Shown piece by piece: positions 1 to 11,840 of a DNA stretch of 64,000 nt. The notes below the pieces were generated by a model. That model ran no database searches and had not been told where the DNA came from. It worked only from the letters and a program-made list of their open reading frames with translations. This stretch comes from Octopus vulgaris. Its lineage: Eukaryota. The DNA lies in the NCBI GenBank assembly GCA_951406725.2, contig OX597834.1, positions 30,566,001 to 30,630,000 of the forward strand, read 5' to 3'. Both the position numbers and the translations under genes were made by a program. Within the stretch, counting starts at the first letter, position 1; each line of letters begins with the position of its first letter.

Positions 1-715
1 AAGACAGCAAGCTGGCAGAACTGTTAACACACCAGGCAAAATGCTTGGCGTTTCTTTCCATCTTTACATTCTAGGTTCAAATTCCACCAAGGTCGACTTG
101 ACCTTTCATCCTTGATAAACCAAGTACCAGTAGTGTACAGGGGTTGATGTAATCGACTTACTTCCTCCCCCGAAATTGCTGTGCCAAAATTTGGAATCAT
201 CCTCATCATTATTATTATTATTATTATGATAGGACTTGTACCTTTAGTAGAAAGGATTATCATTATTATTATTATTAAAGATGGTGATCTGGAGAATTGT
301 CTGTGTGTCCTGCGAAATGCTTAGTGGCATTTCCATCTGTCTTTATGTTCTGAGTTCAAATTCCACCAAAGCCAATTAAACCCATCTCCCCAATAATTTC
401 AGCCCTTGTGCCTATAGTAGGAAGAATTGACTGTGCCTTTGATCCCTTTCTGGATCATTAAGTACCAGTTGAGCACTGTGGTCAATATAACCGACTAGCC
501 ACCCCCAACCCCTCAAGGTTTCAAGCCTTGTGCCTCTATGGCACAGAGTTATTACTATGGTTGGTCTTTTATTTGTTTCAGTCATTGAACCATGGCCATG
601 CTGGGGTACTACCTTGGGCTTTTTTTTTTTCCTAAGTCGGTTTTGCCAAACTGCTAAGTTACAAGGATATAAAGAAACCTGTATACCCACACACATATAT
701 ATTTATAAACATATA

Positions 716-950
716 TAGGGCTGGCCAAAAGTCTCCAGACAGTAAATCAAAGCCATTTAATTCCAAGATTAAAAAAAAAAATTTTTCATATGAGACTTTG
801 CCAATAAATAGACAAATGCAGAAAAAAAAAATGATTTTAACTCACAGCATTCAATTATTAAACATTAATAATTGGAATGAATAAATAAAATTGAATATTA
901 AGTATTTATGGAATTTTGATTTACTGTCAGGTGACTTTTGGCCAACCCTG
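716..950. mobile_element. Tc1/mariner-type MITE (~235 bp)
   Basis: Imperfect ~35-bp terminal inverted repeats (tagggctggccaaaagtctccagacagtaaatcaaa / tttgatttactgtcaggtgacttttggccaaccctg) flanked by TA on both sides; AT-rich non-coding interior. Confidence 0.75.
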
Positions 951-1646
951 TATACACACACACACACGATGGGCTTCCACAATGTTTCCCTCCAAATTTG
1001 CTCATGAGACATTAGTTATAGAAGATACTATAGTTATAGAAGATACGTTGTAGTGCACCTGAGCACTGTACACAATTATTATTATTATTTAAGATGGACC
1101 AAACCCAAAACTGTGTGGTTCCAAAGTGAGCTTCTTAACCACACGACCATGCCTGTGCTCATATATTATTGTTAATCCTTTTTTTCCCCCCTTTTTTTAG
1201 TCAACAGGGAAAGTAATGGCCTTAGGGTCCCCTGAGACTTGGGGAAGGGAGAAATTATCCTCAAACCAGAGAATTAGCTTGAATGCTTGCAAATGTAGAC
1301 TCCGAGAGTTGTCTCCCTTTACTGATATTATTAACATAATGTTAAGTCATTGACCTGTTGTTCTCTTTCCTTCAACATACACTGTATTTGATGGTGTAGA
1401 AGATGACGCCCTTTTTTCCACCCCACCAAAAAATGTCTCAAAAACTCCACTCTGGACCCTGTGTGAGAAGTTGGATCTACCATAAGTTTTATTTAGTACA
1501 TTAATACACTGCTGAAATTGGGGGACATCTAATATTCCCGTGGGTTTTTTATTACATCAAATACATTTCTTCCCAACTATGTGGTCTTGGGTTCTGTTCT
1601 GTGACAGATTTTCCCTGCATTTTATCATGGGGGAAAACACTCTCGC

Positions 1647-1850
1647 TTAACCCTCCTATTCTCTATCAAATGTGATGCTTTATTTCCATTATTTTGAATT
1701 AATTAAGGAGTAGCTTGCTTACCAACCACATGGTTCCGGGTTCAGTCCCACTGCGTGGCACCTTGGGCAAGTGTCTTCTGCTATCGCCCCAGGCCGACCA
1801 ATGCCTTGTGAGTGGATTTGGTAAACGGAAACTGAAAGAAGCCCGTCGTA

Positions 1851-1895
<45 letters not shown>

Positions 1896-2270
1896 ATATG
1901 TATGTTTGTGTGTCTGTGTCTGTCCCCCTAGCATTGTTTGACAACTGATGCTGGTGTGTTTATGTCCCCATCACTTAGCCGTTCGGCAAAAAGAGACCAA
2001 TAGAATAAGTACTGGGCTTACAAAGAATAAGTCCCGGGGTCGAGTTGCTCAACTAAAGGCGGTGCTCCAGCATGGCCGCAGTCAAATAACTGAAACAAGT
2101 AAAAGAGTAAAAGACATTATCTCATAGTTTTGAGATTTCAGTGATGTGATTGTTTATTTTTAGAATGACATTGTAGGGTAAGTGTGAGAGGCTGGATCTG
2201 GCCAGTTTGAACATAAAGCAGGTTGAATATTTCCTGCCAGATACCACCATTTTCACTGCTAATGTGTTAA
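1647..2270. mobile_element. Degenerate piggyBac-type MITE split by a CORE-SINE
   Basis: Starts ttaaccct and ends gtgttaa; the two halves (1647-1705, 2114-2270) match the MITE at 53654-53874. Confidence 0.55.
1706..2113 (+). mobile_element. tRNA-derived CORE-SINE (family A, OR2-like), 5'-truncated
   Basis: B-box ggttcagtccc, CORE-like tggcaccttgggcaagtgtcttct, internal (TA)n, 3' tail aagtaaaagagtaaaaga; many near-identical copies in the window. Confidence 0.85.
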
Positions 2271-2445
2271 TACGAAAAAGGTGTTAAAACATCATAATCA
2301 GTTCCGAGTGTCCTGCATTAGACAAAGCACAGTGGAAAGCCTTTGCATGTTCAAATACACCTAAAACATATTTGAACTGGTCTTAAGTCTGCACAATTTC
2401 CATAGGTATTTTTCTTTCACACACAGCACCAAGATTACTTCTATA

Positions 2446-2825
2446 CTCTTTCTCTTTTACTTGTTTCAGTCATTTGACTGCGGCCATGCTGGAGCACCGC
2501 CTTCTAGTTGAGTAAATCGACCCCAGGACTTATTCTTTGTAAGCCTAGTACTTATTCTATCGGTCTCTTTTGCTGAATCGCTAAGTTACGAGACGTAAAC
2601 ACACCACCATCGGTTGTCAAGCAATGGTGGGGGGACAAACACAGACATACATACATATATACGATGGGCTTCTTCCAGTTTCCGTCTACCAAATCCACTC
2701 ACCAGGCTTTGGTCGGCCCAAGGCTATAGTAGAAGACACTTGCCCAAGGTGCCACACAGTGGGAATGAACCCAGAACCATGTGGTTGGTAAGCAAGCTAC
2801 TTACCACACAACCACTCCTGTGCCT
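2446..2825 (-). mobile_element. CORE-SINE family A, full length
   Basis: Reverse complement of the 1706-2113 family, from tail (ctcttttacttgtttcagtc) to head (ccactcctgtgcct). Confidence 0.85.
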
Positions 2826-3252
2826 ATGTGAATATTACTGGAGCACTTTTCTATAATTTGAGGTCTAAGAGAAATCTGTTTCTTATCACTGATGGCAGAG
2901 GTGATGATGAAAGATACACACTGCTGACATCTTAAGAATTTATAAACTTTTGAGAGAATGTGAAATAATGGATCTGAAAGCACAATTTCAGCCCAACATT
3001 TACTTGTTATTATTTATAGCTTTATGTGCTTCGAGATCCACTGTTCCAAACATTACTTATTTATTTATATCTCACTCTTATAGGCTATTCTCAGTACTGA
3101 GGAAGATGTTGAACAATGGCTGGATTTTGGAGCCGTTCCAATTAAAGACGTAAGTTTTCTGACCATATTTTTCTTTGCTCTTAATTTCAGTCTTTTAGTT
3201 GCAACACTTTGCATCGGTGTAAATAATAATAAACATGATTTTTTTTTCTGTA

Positions 3253-3424
3253 ATATAGACGCAGGAGTGGCTGTGTGGTAAGTAGCTTGCTTACCAACCA
3301 CATGGTTCCAGGTTCAGTCCCACTGCGTGGCACCTTGGCCCAAGGTGCCATGCAGTGAGACTGAACCCAGACCATGTGGTTCGTAAGCAAACTACTTACC
3401 ACACAGCCACTCCCACGCCTATAT
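3253..3424. repeat. Fold-back of two family-A SINE 5' heads
   Basis: ~85-bp inverted arms joined at ccttgg-c-ccaagg (centre 3339). Confidence 0.85.
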
Positions 3425-4184
3425 ATAATACATACACACACACTCTTTTAGACTATCATTCGTACATAGACCAATTTTTTACAGAATTATCCGCTTGGCT
3501 GGATGAAAAAAAAACCTTTTTTTTTTTTGTAATATTTGAAATTCAAAACCTTTTCCCTGTGTTCTGTGTATGCACCTGTTGGAAATTTGAAATTTTGGTT
3601 CATTTCATCCAATTTATAAATAGTTGAATTTCTTTAGAATCCTTCAGTTTTTTTGCACCAAAACATGCTGAATGTTGTTGGAACAAATAATTTTCAAAAT
3701 TTGTAATGCGATATTTTTTTATTTTCCCCTCCACTGAACAAACCTGTTAGGAATTTTGAATCATTCCATCCAATTTCATGTCAAAATTTCTGGAGAATTA
3801 TTTTCTTGACTGCACTAAAACTTGCAGAAATAGCTTCAAAGATTCTGCACATGATACCAAAGTTCATACTATTAAATGTATTGAAATACTTACCACTTAA
3901 ACTGATGTAGCCATGGGCAAGCATCTTCAAATATAACACTTGTGGACATGCTTACAAAATAAAAAAACAACACCCATGACTTTCGGAAACCTTTTTCCGT
4001 TCTCAGAATTACTGAAGCATGGATAAACTACCTGCTTCAGTTATTAGCTGTAAAGAGTCTACGGCCTTCAAAACTGCCATACTTCCTGAAATTCATTAGC
4101 AGTACACCTGATGCCCCCGCCCCAACACTTTTTTTTTTTTAAAGGACTCATTCACTGTTTACTTCCTGTGCATTATTCTCTGTA

Positions 4185-4368
4185 GCTGGTGGCACATAAG
4201 AAGCACCCACTACACTCTCAGAGTGGTTGGCGTTAGGAAGGGCATCCAGCTGTAGAAACTCTGCCAGATCAAGACTGGAGCCTGGTACAGCCATCTGGTT
4301 CGCCAGCCCTCAGTCAAACTCGTCCAACCCATGCTAGCATGGAGAGTGGACGTTAAACGATGATGATG
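4185..4368 (+). mobile_element. SINE family C 3' part, (ATG)n tail
   Basis: ggcgttaggaagggcatccagctgtagaaac core and gacgttaaacgatgatgatg tail shared with many copies in the window. Confidence 0.75.
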
Positions 4369-4514
4369 ACTTTTCATGCACTTTTGGCTGCTTTTTCTCA
4401 TGAATTATATTGGGCCTGAGCACCGTACTCAATAAGTTCATTATTAGCATTATTATATATGTGTGTTTGTGCCAAAGCGTCTGTAATTATCATAATATTG
4501 TTTCTTTGTAACAG

Positions 4515-4624
4515 GCTGTGAAGCTGATCAAGCCACAGGAGTGCATTCATCTCTACCCTGTGTCCACTGTCGTCAATAACTCCCGCAACAACAGCCCTGA
4601 ATGTGTTAAGCCACTGGACATGAA
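4515..4624 (+). CDS. HMCES: HMCES (SRAP-domain abasic site processing protein), penultimate coding exon; upstream exons not found in the window
   Basis: tttctttgtaacag|GCT...ATG AA|gtgagt; encodes AVKLIKPQECIHLYPVSTVVNNSRNNSPECVKPLDM, matching the SRAP C-terminal motif (human ALKLIHP...HAVSSVVNNSRNNTPEC). Phase-2 end joins 6506 in frame. Confidence 0.9.
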
Positions 4625-6505
4625 GTGAGTACCAACAACTTTCCTATATTTCAGTATCTGGAATGGTTAAAGCAGCGAGCGGGCAGAAACATTAGCACAC
4701 CAGGCGAAACACTTAGCATCTGTCTTTACATTTTCTGGTAGGATTTTTACAGCTGGATGCCCTTCCTAACATCAACTACTCAGCAGAGTGGACTTAGTGC
4801 TTTTTATGTGGCACAAGCACAGGCGAGGTCAATCTTGATAAAGATTTTACAGCTGGATGCCCTTCTGAACACCAGCCACTTTACAGTGTGGACTGGGTGC
4901 TTTTAAGTGGCACCTGCTCTTATTATAAAAGGTCAAATTCCGCCGAGGTCGACTTTGCCTTTCATCCTTACGGGGTCGATAAATTAAGTACCAGTTGCGT
5001 ACTAATCAACTCCCACCTCTCCCAAATTTCAGGCTTTCTGCCTAGAGTAGGAAAAAAAAAAAGAGTATCTGAAATGATTGAAATGAGATTTTGTTGAAGC
5101 AATTCTAATTTATTGGATATTGCTTTAAGAAGAAACATTTTTCACTGATTGAGAAGTTTACTTCCCAATCTCATGGCTTTGAGTTCAATCCCACCTTAGG
5201 CAGGTGTCTTTACCTTTAAACCCTGGGACAATTAAAGCTTTGTGAGTGGCATTGGTAAGAAAAAAACTGAAAGAAGCCCATCATATATACTAGCAGAAAT
5301 ACCCGCTATTGCCTGGGTTAAAGAAAATAACGAAATTTTGAAATGAAGTATTTCACCTGATGTGCTAACAATTCTGTCAGCTTGATAAATAATGATGACA
5401 GTAGTAGTGGTGGTGGTGGTGGTGGCATTAGTAGTATTAGTATTAGTGACAGAACTTTTAGTTGTCATGATGATAATAGTAAAGTAGAAATGGTAGTGAT
5501 AGTAGTTATGTATGAAGCAGACCTGTTGGCATTGGAAAATGTTTACAGAAATGAACCTGTACGTACAAATACACAAATAGAAAACTGGAGAGCAATATGA
5601 AAAATGAAGTACCTTTAGATATTCTTTTTTATCAGAAACCATCACAACTGTAATGATGTATACATACGTGTGTGTGTGTATAGCTGGTTACTTAGTTACT
5701 ATGTCAGAACAGCAGACACAGGAAGTTGACATTGACAAAAATCCAAAGGTTTGACCATGCTTAGAGGGCACACACTCTCGAGAGTTTCTTTCTTTCTTTT
5801 TTTTCTTCTTTTTTTTGTCTTGCAAATTACTTGGTGACCCTTTCAGTGCAGGTGCCACTTAAAAGCACCCAGTCCATACTGTAAAGTGGCTGGTGTTCGG
5901 AAGGGCATCCAGCTGTAAAAACCTTGCCAAGATTGACCTCGCCTGTGCTTGTGCCACATAAAAAGCACTAAGTCCACTCTGCTGAGTGGTTGGTGTTAAG
6001 AGGGGCATCCAGCTGTAAAAATCCTGCCAAAACAGATACAGAAGTCGGGTGCGGGCTTCAGCCTGGCCGGTTCTTGTGAAGCCATTCCATCCATGCCAGC
6101 ATGGAAGGGAGACGTTAAACAATGATGATGATAATGTGCACACACACCATCATTTAACATTGTGTGTATATGCACACACACAAGGATGTATGTGTGCGTA
6201 TATATACACGCACGTGTATATATATACGTGAGTGCATATATGTATATATACACACACGTGTGTGTGTGTGTGCATGCGTTTACATATATGTGTATGAATA
6301 CACACATGTACACACAAGGCCCTTTTAGTAGCTGTCTACCACTTCCACTCACAATGTTTTAATCAGCCCAGAGCAGTAAAAGACACTTAGCCAAAGTACC
6401 ATGCAGTGGAACTGAACCGAAAGCCATGTGGTTGAGAAAGAAACTGCTTAACCACTCAGCTATGCCTGTTGCATGTCTTAAATATATTTTCTTCCTTCTC
6501 TTCAG

Positions 6506-6650
6506 GAAACCAAAATCTGCCCTGGAGGCTTGGCTGAAGAAGATACCAAAGAAAGAACCAGCAAACGTCATAAAGAAGGAACCAAAAGAAGAAGAGGAAG
6601 ATGATGATGAGAGTGAAACACCAGCAAAGAAAATCAAACAAGAGGAATAA
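6506..6650 (+). CDS. HMCES: HMCES terminal coding exon
   Basis: cttccttctcttcag|G AAA CCA...GAA TAA; KKPKSALEAWLKKIPKKEPANVIKKEPKEEEEDDDESETPAKKIKQEE*. The LxxWL motif and acidic/basic tail resemble the HMCES C-terminus; in frame with 4515-4624. Confidence 0.85.
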
Positions 6651-6749
6651 AAGCAGAAGGGTGCAGAAGAGATGGAGGGGGGGGGGGCGAATTTTGTTTA
6701 CGAATCTTGAAAGTTCAAGGGCAAACAATAGAGATGTTCATTACGTAGT

Positions 6750-7360
6750 ATTAGATCCAACATGTGGGATTCGTTTCAATAATAATAATAATATTCTATG
6801 TCAGCTGACAAATGGGATATTGAAAAGAAAAAGAAAAAAAAAGATTCTTACAGCAAACACTAGATTGATTTTAGATATTCAGTGTTATATATATAAAGTA
6901 TGTGGGAATTTTTTTAGATATCAAACATGTAGGTTCCTTTTAAAAAAAAAAAGTATAATATAATATACTGTGTTAGATGTGAGACATGTGGAGGTTGTTT
7001 TTAACTAATATTCAATGTTAGATATTGAACACACAACATGTAGATTTTTTTTTTTATTTTTGTAAAAAGAATGTGTGCCATCTGAGATTTATAAAACATG
7101 TGGGATTATTTCATGAATATTCAATATTACGGTTCAAAAGTGGGATGTAAAAGCAATTTCACATTTTTTTTTTTGTTTTTTTTTACTAATATATTCAATG
7201 TTAAACGTGTGGGAGGTCATTACTAATTTTCAATGTTACGTATCAAACATAGATTTTTTTTTTTTTAAAAAAAAAAACATTGCATGTCATTTAGCATGAA
7301 ACACATGAAGAACATTCTCAATTATTATCATTATTCAATATTATTGAAGATTCAAACTTG
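6750..7360 (+). repeat. Degenerate ~45-55 bp tandem repeat in the putative HMCES 3' UTR
   Basis: Recurrent unit resembling actaatattcaatgttagatatcaaacatgtgggatttt. Confidence 0.55.
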
Positions 7361-8266
7361 TTTTTTTTGTTATATTTCTAAATTTTTTAACATATGTTAG
7401 CATGTTCATTCTGTTCCCCCCACCCTTCCATTCCATATAGAAATAGAAACAACAGCATTTCAAACTGACCAATTCCAGTTTTCATCCGGTGTTTACCATT
7501 TTTTTTTTTTTTTTTGTTAATTCCTAACACATTTGGAACTTTATCTCAAAAATGTATTTTGTTATTTGTTATTTTATGGTTATTCATTAAATTTTTTGAG
7601 TCATTTGTTTTTCACAAAAAAAAAAAAAAAAAAAAATCTTTCAAACCAAGAGAGCACAGGTTCAATTCCTAACAGATACAAAAAGGCAGGTGTGACTAAT
7701 ATCTTAGAGCTGGTTGGTGAGCAGTGGGGAAATATATATACATACATATACACAAAAGTGGTTTCTGTTATGTATGCGTGTGTATATAGTAAGTACTGTC
7801 TCAAGTCTCTGGACTCGTACAAGGCCAGCCACCTGGTTTCTATGGCAAAGAAGTGTCCAAGAAAGCGACTTTCTCCCTGAACAGGATGCCTGTCCATTGC
7901 AGGGTCTCTCATTGACAGCTGAGCGGACTGGGGCAATGTGCAATGGGTTTGCTCAGGAAAACAATGCACCACCCAGTCCAACAATCAAAACCATCAACTT
8001 GCATATATATATATATATACATATACATACATACACACATATATATATACATACACACATATACATACCTACACACACATATATACATACCCACACATAT
8101 ATACATACATACACACACACACACAGACATACACACACACATATACACAAGCAACCACATACATCCATATAAACACATACACAAGTTGTTTCCCTTCATT
8201 CTGAGAAATGTTTTCATATCAAGTATTTGGACAGTTTTTAATTTTTCGTTCTTTAAAACTGTTGTC

Positions 8267-8272
8267 AATAAA
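8267..8272 (+). terminator. Candidate HMCES polyadenylation signal
   Basis: AATAAA followed ~20-50 nt later by a GT-rich tract (tattttgttgttgatattgtttgttgtgtt); SINE sequence resumes just after. Confidence 0.45.
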
Positions 8273-9224
8273 CTTCCTTCAGCTGTTCTTTATTTTGTTG
8301 TTGATATTGTTTGTTGTGTTGGGATGTATTTGATTAGATCAAAAAAATTATCCTGGGGTGTCTGGAGAAAGGGACACGGCCATGGCTTGTAAGGTCAGTA
8401 GTTCAATCCCCAGTGGCACAGTGTGTCCTTCAGCAAGAGACTTCATTTCATGTTGCCCCAGACCACTCAGCTGGCAAAAATGAATTGTGCTGGGAATTCA
8501 AAGGGACTAGTCTTGTCACCTTTGATGAGTCATGCTGAATCAAATCAGCTATTATTCTATCAGTCTCTTTTGCTGAGTGGGACGTAAAAAGCACCATCCG
8601 AATGTGGCCAATGCCAGCGCCGCGTTGACTGGCTTCTGTGCCGGTGGCACGTAAAAAGCACCAACTGATTGTGGCCGCTACCAGCCTCCCCTGGCACATA
8701 AAAAGGACCCACTACACTCACGGACCCCAGTTGAACCGTCCAACATGTGCTAGCACGGAAAACGGACGTTAAACAATGATGATGATGGTTTCAATGGTCA
8801 CTTTTCCATGCTTGCATGGGTTAAATGGAATTTGTTGGAGCAGACCTTCTATGGTTGGATGCTTTTCCTGCTACCAACTGTCACCCGTTTCCAAGCAAGG
8901 TGATATTCTCCACCCCCAAGGCTAGAATTTTTTTTTTTTTTTTGCAGAATATTATAAACGAAGGATAATGCTCATCATCAAAGCTTGTTTACAATTATTA
9001 CATGAGGTCATGACAAGCTGACTACACACACACACGGATCTTATATGTAATATAGTGGGGTGGGGGCTAAAGGGTCAAGTGAGATTATCTAGATAGATCG
9101 TACGTAAAATTCCTTGGCGAAAGTGTTTACGGGAGGGAGGGGGCAAACAAGGGAGACAACTCCAAGAAAATTAGTTGACTGATATTTTGGAAAGTGTAAA
9201 TATTGCTACTCAATATTATACTGT

Positions 9225-9585
9225 AGGCACAAGGGGCCCAAAATTTTGGGGGAGAGGCCAGTCAATTAGATCGACCCCAGTACACAACTGGTACTTAATT
9301 TATCGATCCTGAAAGGTAAAGTCGACCTCAGCGGAATTTGAACTCAGAACGTAACGACAAACAAAATACCTATTTCTTTACTACCCACAAGGGGCTAAAC
9401 ACAGAGAGGGCAAATAAGGACAGACAAACGGATGAAGTCGATTATACTGACCCCAGTGCGTAACTGGTACTTAATTAAATCGACCCCGAATGGATGTAAG
9501 GCAAAGTCGACCTCGGCGAAATTTGAACTCAGAAATGCTAAGCATTTCGCCCAGCTTGCTAACGTTTCTGCCAGCTCACCGCCTT
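9225..9585 (-). mobile_element. tRNA-derived SINE family B, tandem dimer
   Basis: Two family-B bodies joined at aaaatac|ctatttcttta (9362-9380), the same junction as in the 56.5-kb array. Confidence 0.75.
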
Positions 9586-10379
9586 ACAATGCAAATTTAT
9601 ATTGAACTAGTGAAAGCATTGGACAAGTTTCGGTCTTATGAGACCTCCTTAGTGAAGCGCATTCTACTGATTTGCGAAAACGCACTCAGATAGGTGCTTG
9701 TGTGACTGTATGGTAAGTTTGTTTCCTAACCACATGGTTCTGGGTTCAATCCCTCTGTTCGACATCTTGGGCAAGTGTCTTCTACAATATCCACTAGGAT
9801 GGTCAATACCTTGGGAGTGGATTTGTGGAAACTTAGAGAAGCCTGCTGTGTTTGTCACTCATCACTGCTTGAAAAGTAGTGTTGGTTTGTTTACATCCCT
9901 GTAATTTATCAGCCAGCATAAAACTGATAGAATAAGTACTAGCCTTACAAAAAAAAAAAAAAATAAGTATGGGGGTGGGGATTCGTTTGACTAAACTCTT
10001 CGAAGCAGTGCCCCAGCATGGCCTCAGCCTAATGACTGAACCAAGTAATAGATATATAAACAGAAGAAATAAAATGAAGCAGATTTTGATTATCAACAAG
10101 ATGACTAAGGTAACTACAGAGGGGGTTTGGGGCAGTTTCTTCGATACTTAATGCAAGTATCGGAGGAGAGAGTCCCATATGTAATGGAGTGAGTCAAAGA
10201 AGTTGAAGCCATTAAGATTGTCTTGAAAATACAAGACAAACTCTTTCCGGAGGAGCTTGGAGTGTACAGAACAATGGATATAACTAATACGGCCCGATAT
10301 GCCGAATAGATGGAAATATACGTATCTATGTTAGGTATTGTTATGTTTTTGTATGTATGTGCAGCGCATAGCAAATAGT

Positions 10380-11310
10380 ACTCCAGCCACCAAGAGTGGA
10401 AAATGTCCTGGATTTCTGCTTCACTGATAATGTTAAGATGACACCAACAATTTCTTCAATAGAACTAACAATGTGCGCTCTGAGGAAAACAGCAGACATG
10501 TCAGTCTACTAGAAGCACCTTTCCAGCCTGAGCTTTCATAATTCTAATTGGAAAGGTATTTAGAAAGAAAGAACTGGAACAAAACTGGTCAGCCAGTCTC
10601 TCTATGAAGGTCCTGCGGACACAAAGCTACAACACTTTATGGACAATCAGGCAACATGTATATAGCCGATGATACAAAAGTAGCACAAGCAGTCAAAAAT
10701 TCTCTGTGCTGATCTTCTACTGAAAGAACTAAAAGCTGTATATAAACAGGCTGAAGCCAACATCATGCAATTTAATGCAGGAAAATTCCAAGCCCTCCTC
10801 TATCAGCCAGCTTGTGCTAGCAGGCTGCAATAAAGATATTATGGGCCAAAAGGAGCAGCAGTCCCAAAGACACACAAAGAGCATGGCCTGGGGATTGATA
10901 GGAGCAATGGTGCTTTTTGTTTCATGTACATATCAAGGTGCTGGTAATATGAAAGCAAATGGCTTGATGAATTCTGAGAACTTTCAGGACAAGGGACCAG
11001 GAAACCATGCCACTTCTCCAGAGGATATTTGTCCTCAGCCATCTGGACTCTTACTCTCAATTATGGTCACTCCCTCCTCACCACCACCTTGTCTTAATTT
11101 AATAGTGAAATTCAAAGCAGTTCCACAGAGATATACTAAAAAGATTGCATCAATAGAACAGTTGAGCCACTGGAAGTGATTGAAAAAAATATGACTAATC
11201 CCTGGAGCAAAGACAGGAGAAATATGCAGTGATAAATGTATGGAAGACCACAGAACGGCTGGCACTGAACTTTGGCATCAAGATTTATATCAGTGCCAAA
11301 ACAGGATGCC
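10380..11310 (+). mobile_element. Decayed CR1/L2-like LINE ORF2 (reverse transcriptase) remnant
   Basis: Frameshifted fragments YIADDTK (10659, YADD motif), MQFNAGKFQAL, VPQRYTKKI and LEQRQEKYAVINVWK, typical of CR1-group RT C-terminal regions. Boundaries approximate. Confidence 0.7.
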
Positions 11311-11607
11311 ACTACCCTGTTCTAACAGGGAGTCAAGCACCTTGGCCTGAGACACAACAGAGTAACAATAGATTGGGGTAATTAGAAAAAATGTAGATCA
11401 AAACCCTTGCAGTAACGACCAGCTGTAGCTTTGCAGCAATTTTCAGAATTTAAATTTAAAAAAAAAGCTAAAAACCAATTAACTTAATAAAACAATTTAC
11501 CTTTTTATCTGGGCTCATGGAATCTGAAATTGGTTTATCTCCTGCAAATGGTGTTAGAGTGTTCTATAGTGCTTTCTCTCTCTCTCATATATATATATAC
11601 ATATATA

Positions 11608-11840
11608 TCATCATCATCATCGTTTAACATCCGTTTTCCATGCTAGCATGGGTTGGACGGTTCAACTGGGGTCTGTGAAGCCAGAAGGCTGCGTCAGGCC
11701 CAGTCTGATCTGGCAGTGTTTCTACGGCTGGATGCCCTTCCTAACTCCAACCACTTCGTGAGTGTAGTGGGTGTTTTTTACGTGCCACCGGCATGGGGGC
11801 CAGACGAGGCTGGCAACGGCCACAATCGGATGGTGCATTT
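11608..11840 (-). mobile_element. SINE family C
   Basis: (cat)n tail then cgtttaacatccgttttccatgctagcatggg...ggctggatgcccttcctaac. Confidence 0.75.

Noticed and set aside
1-4514. Further upstream HMCES exons (e.g. RMPAIL motif)
   Set aside because: No matching spliceable segment was recognised; they probably lie before the window.
10775-11179. 134-aa ORF as a host gene
   Set aside because: Chance frame across a frameshifted CR1-like LINE remnant.
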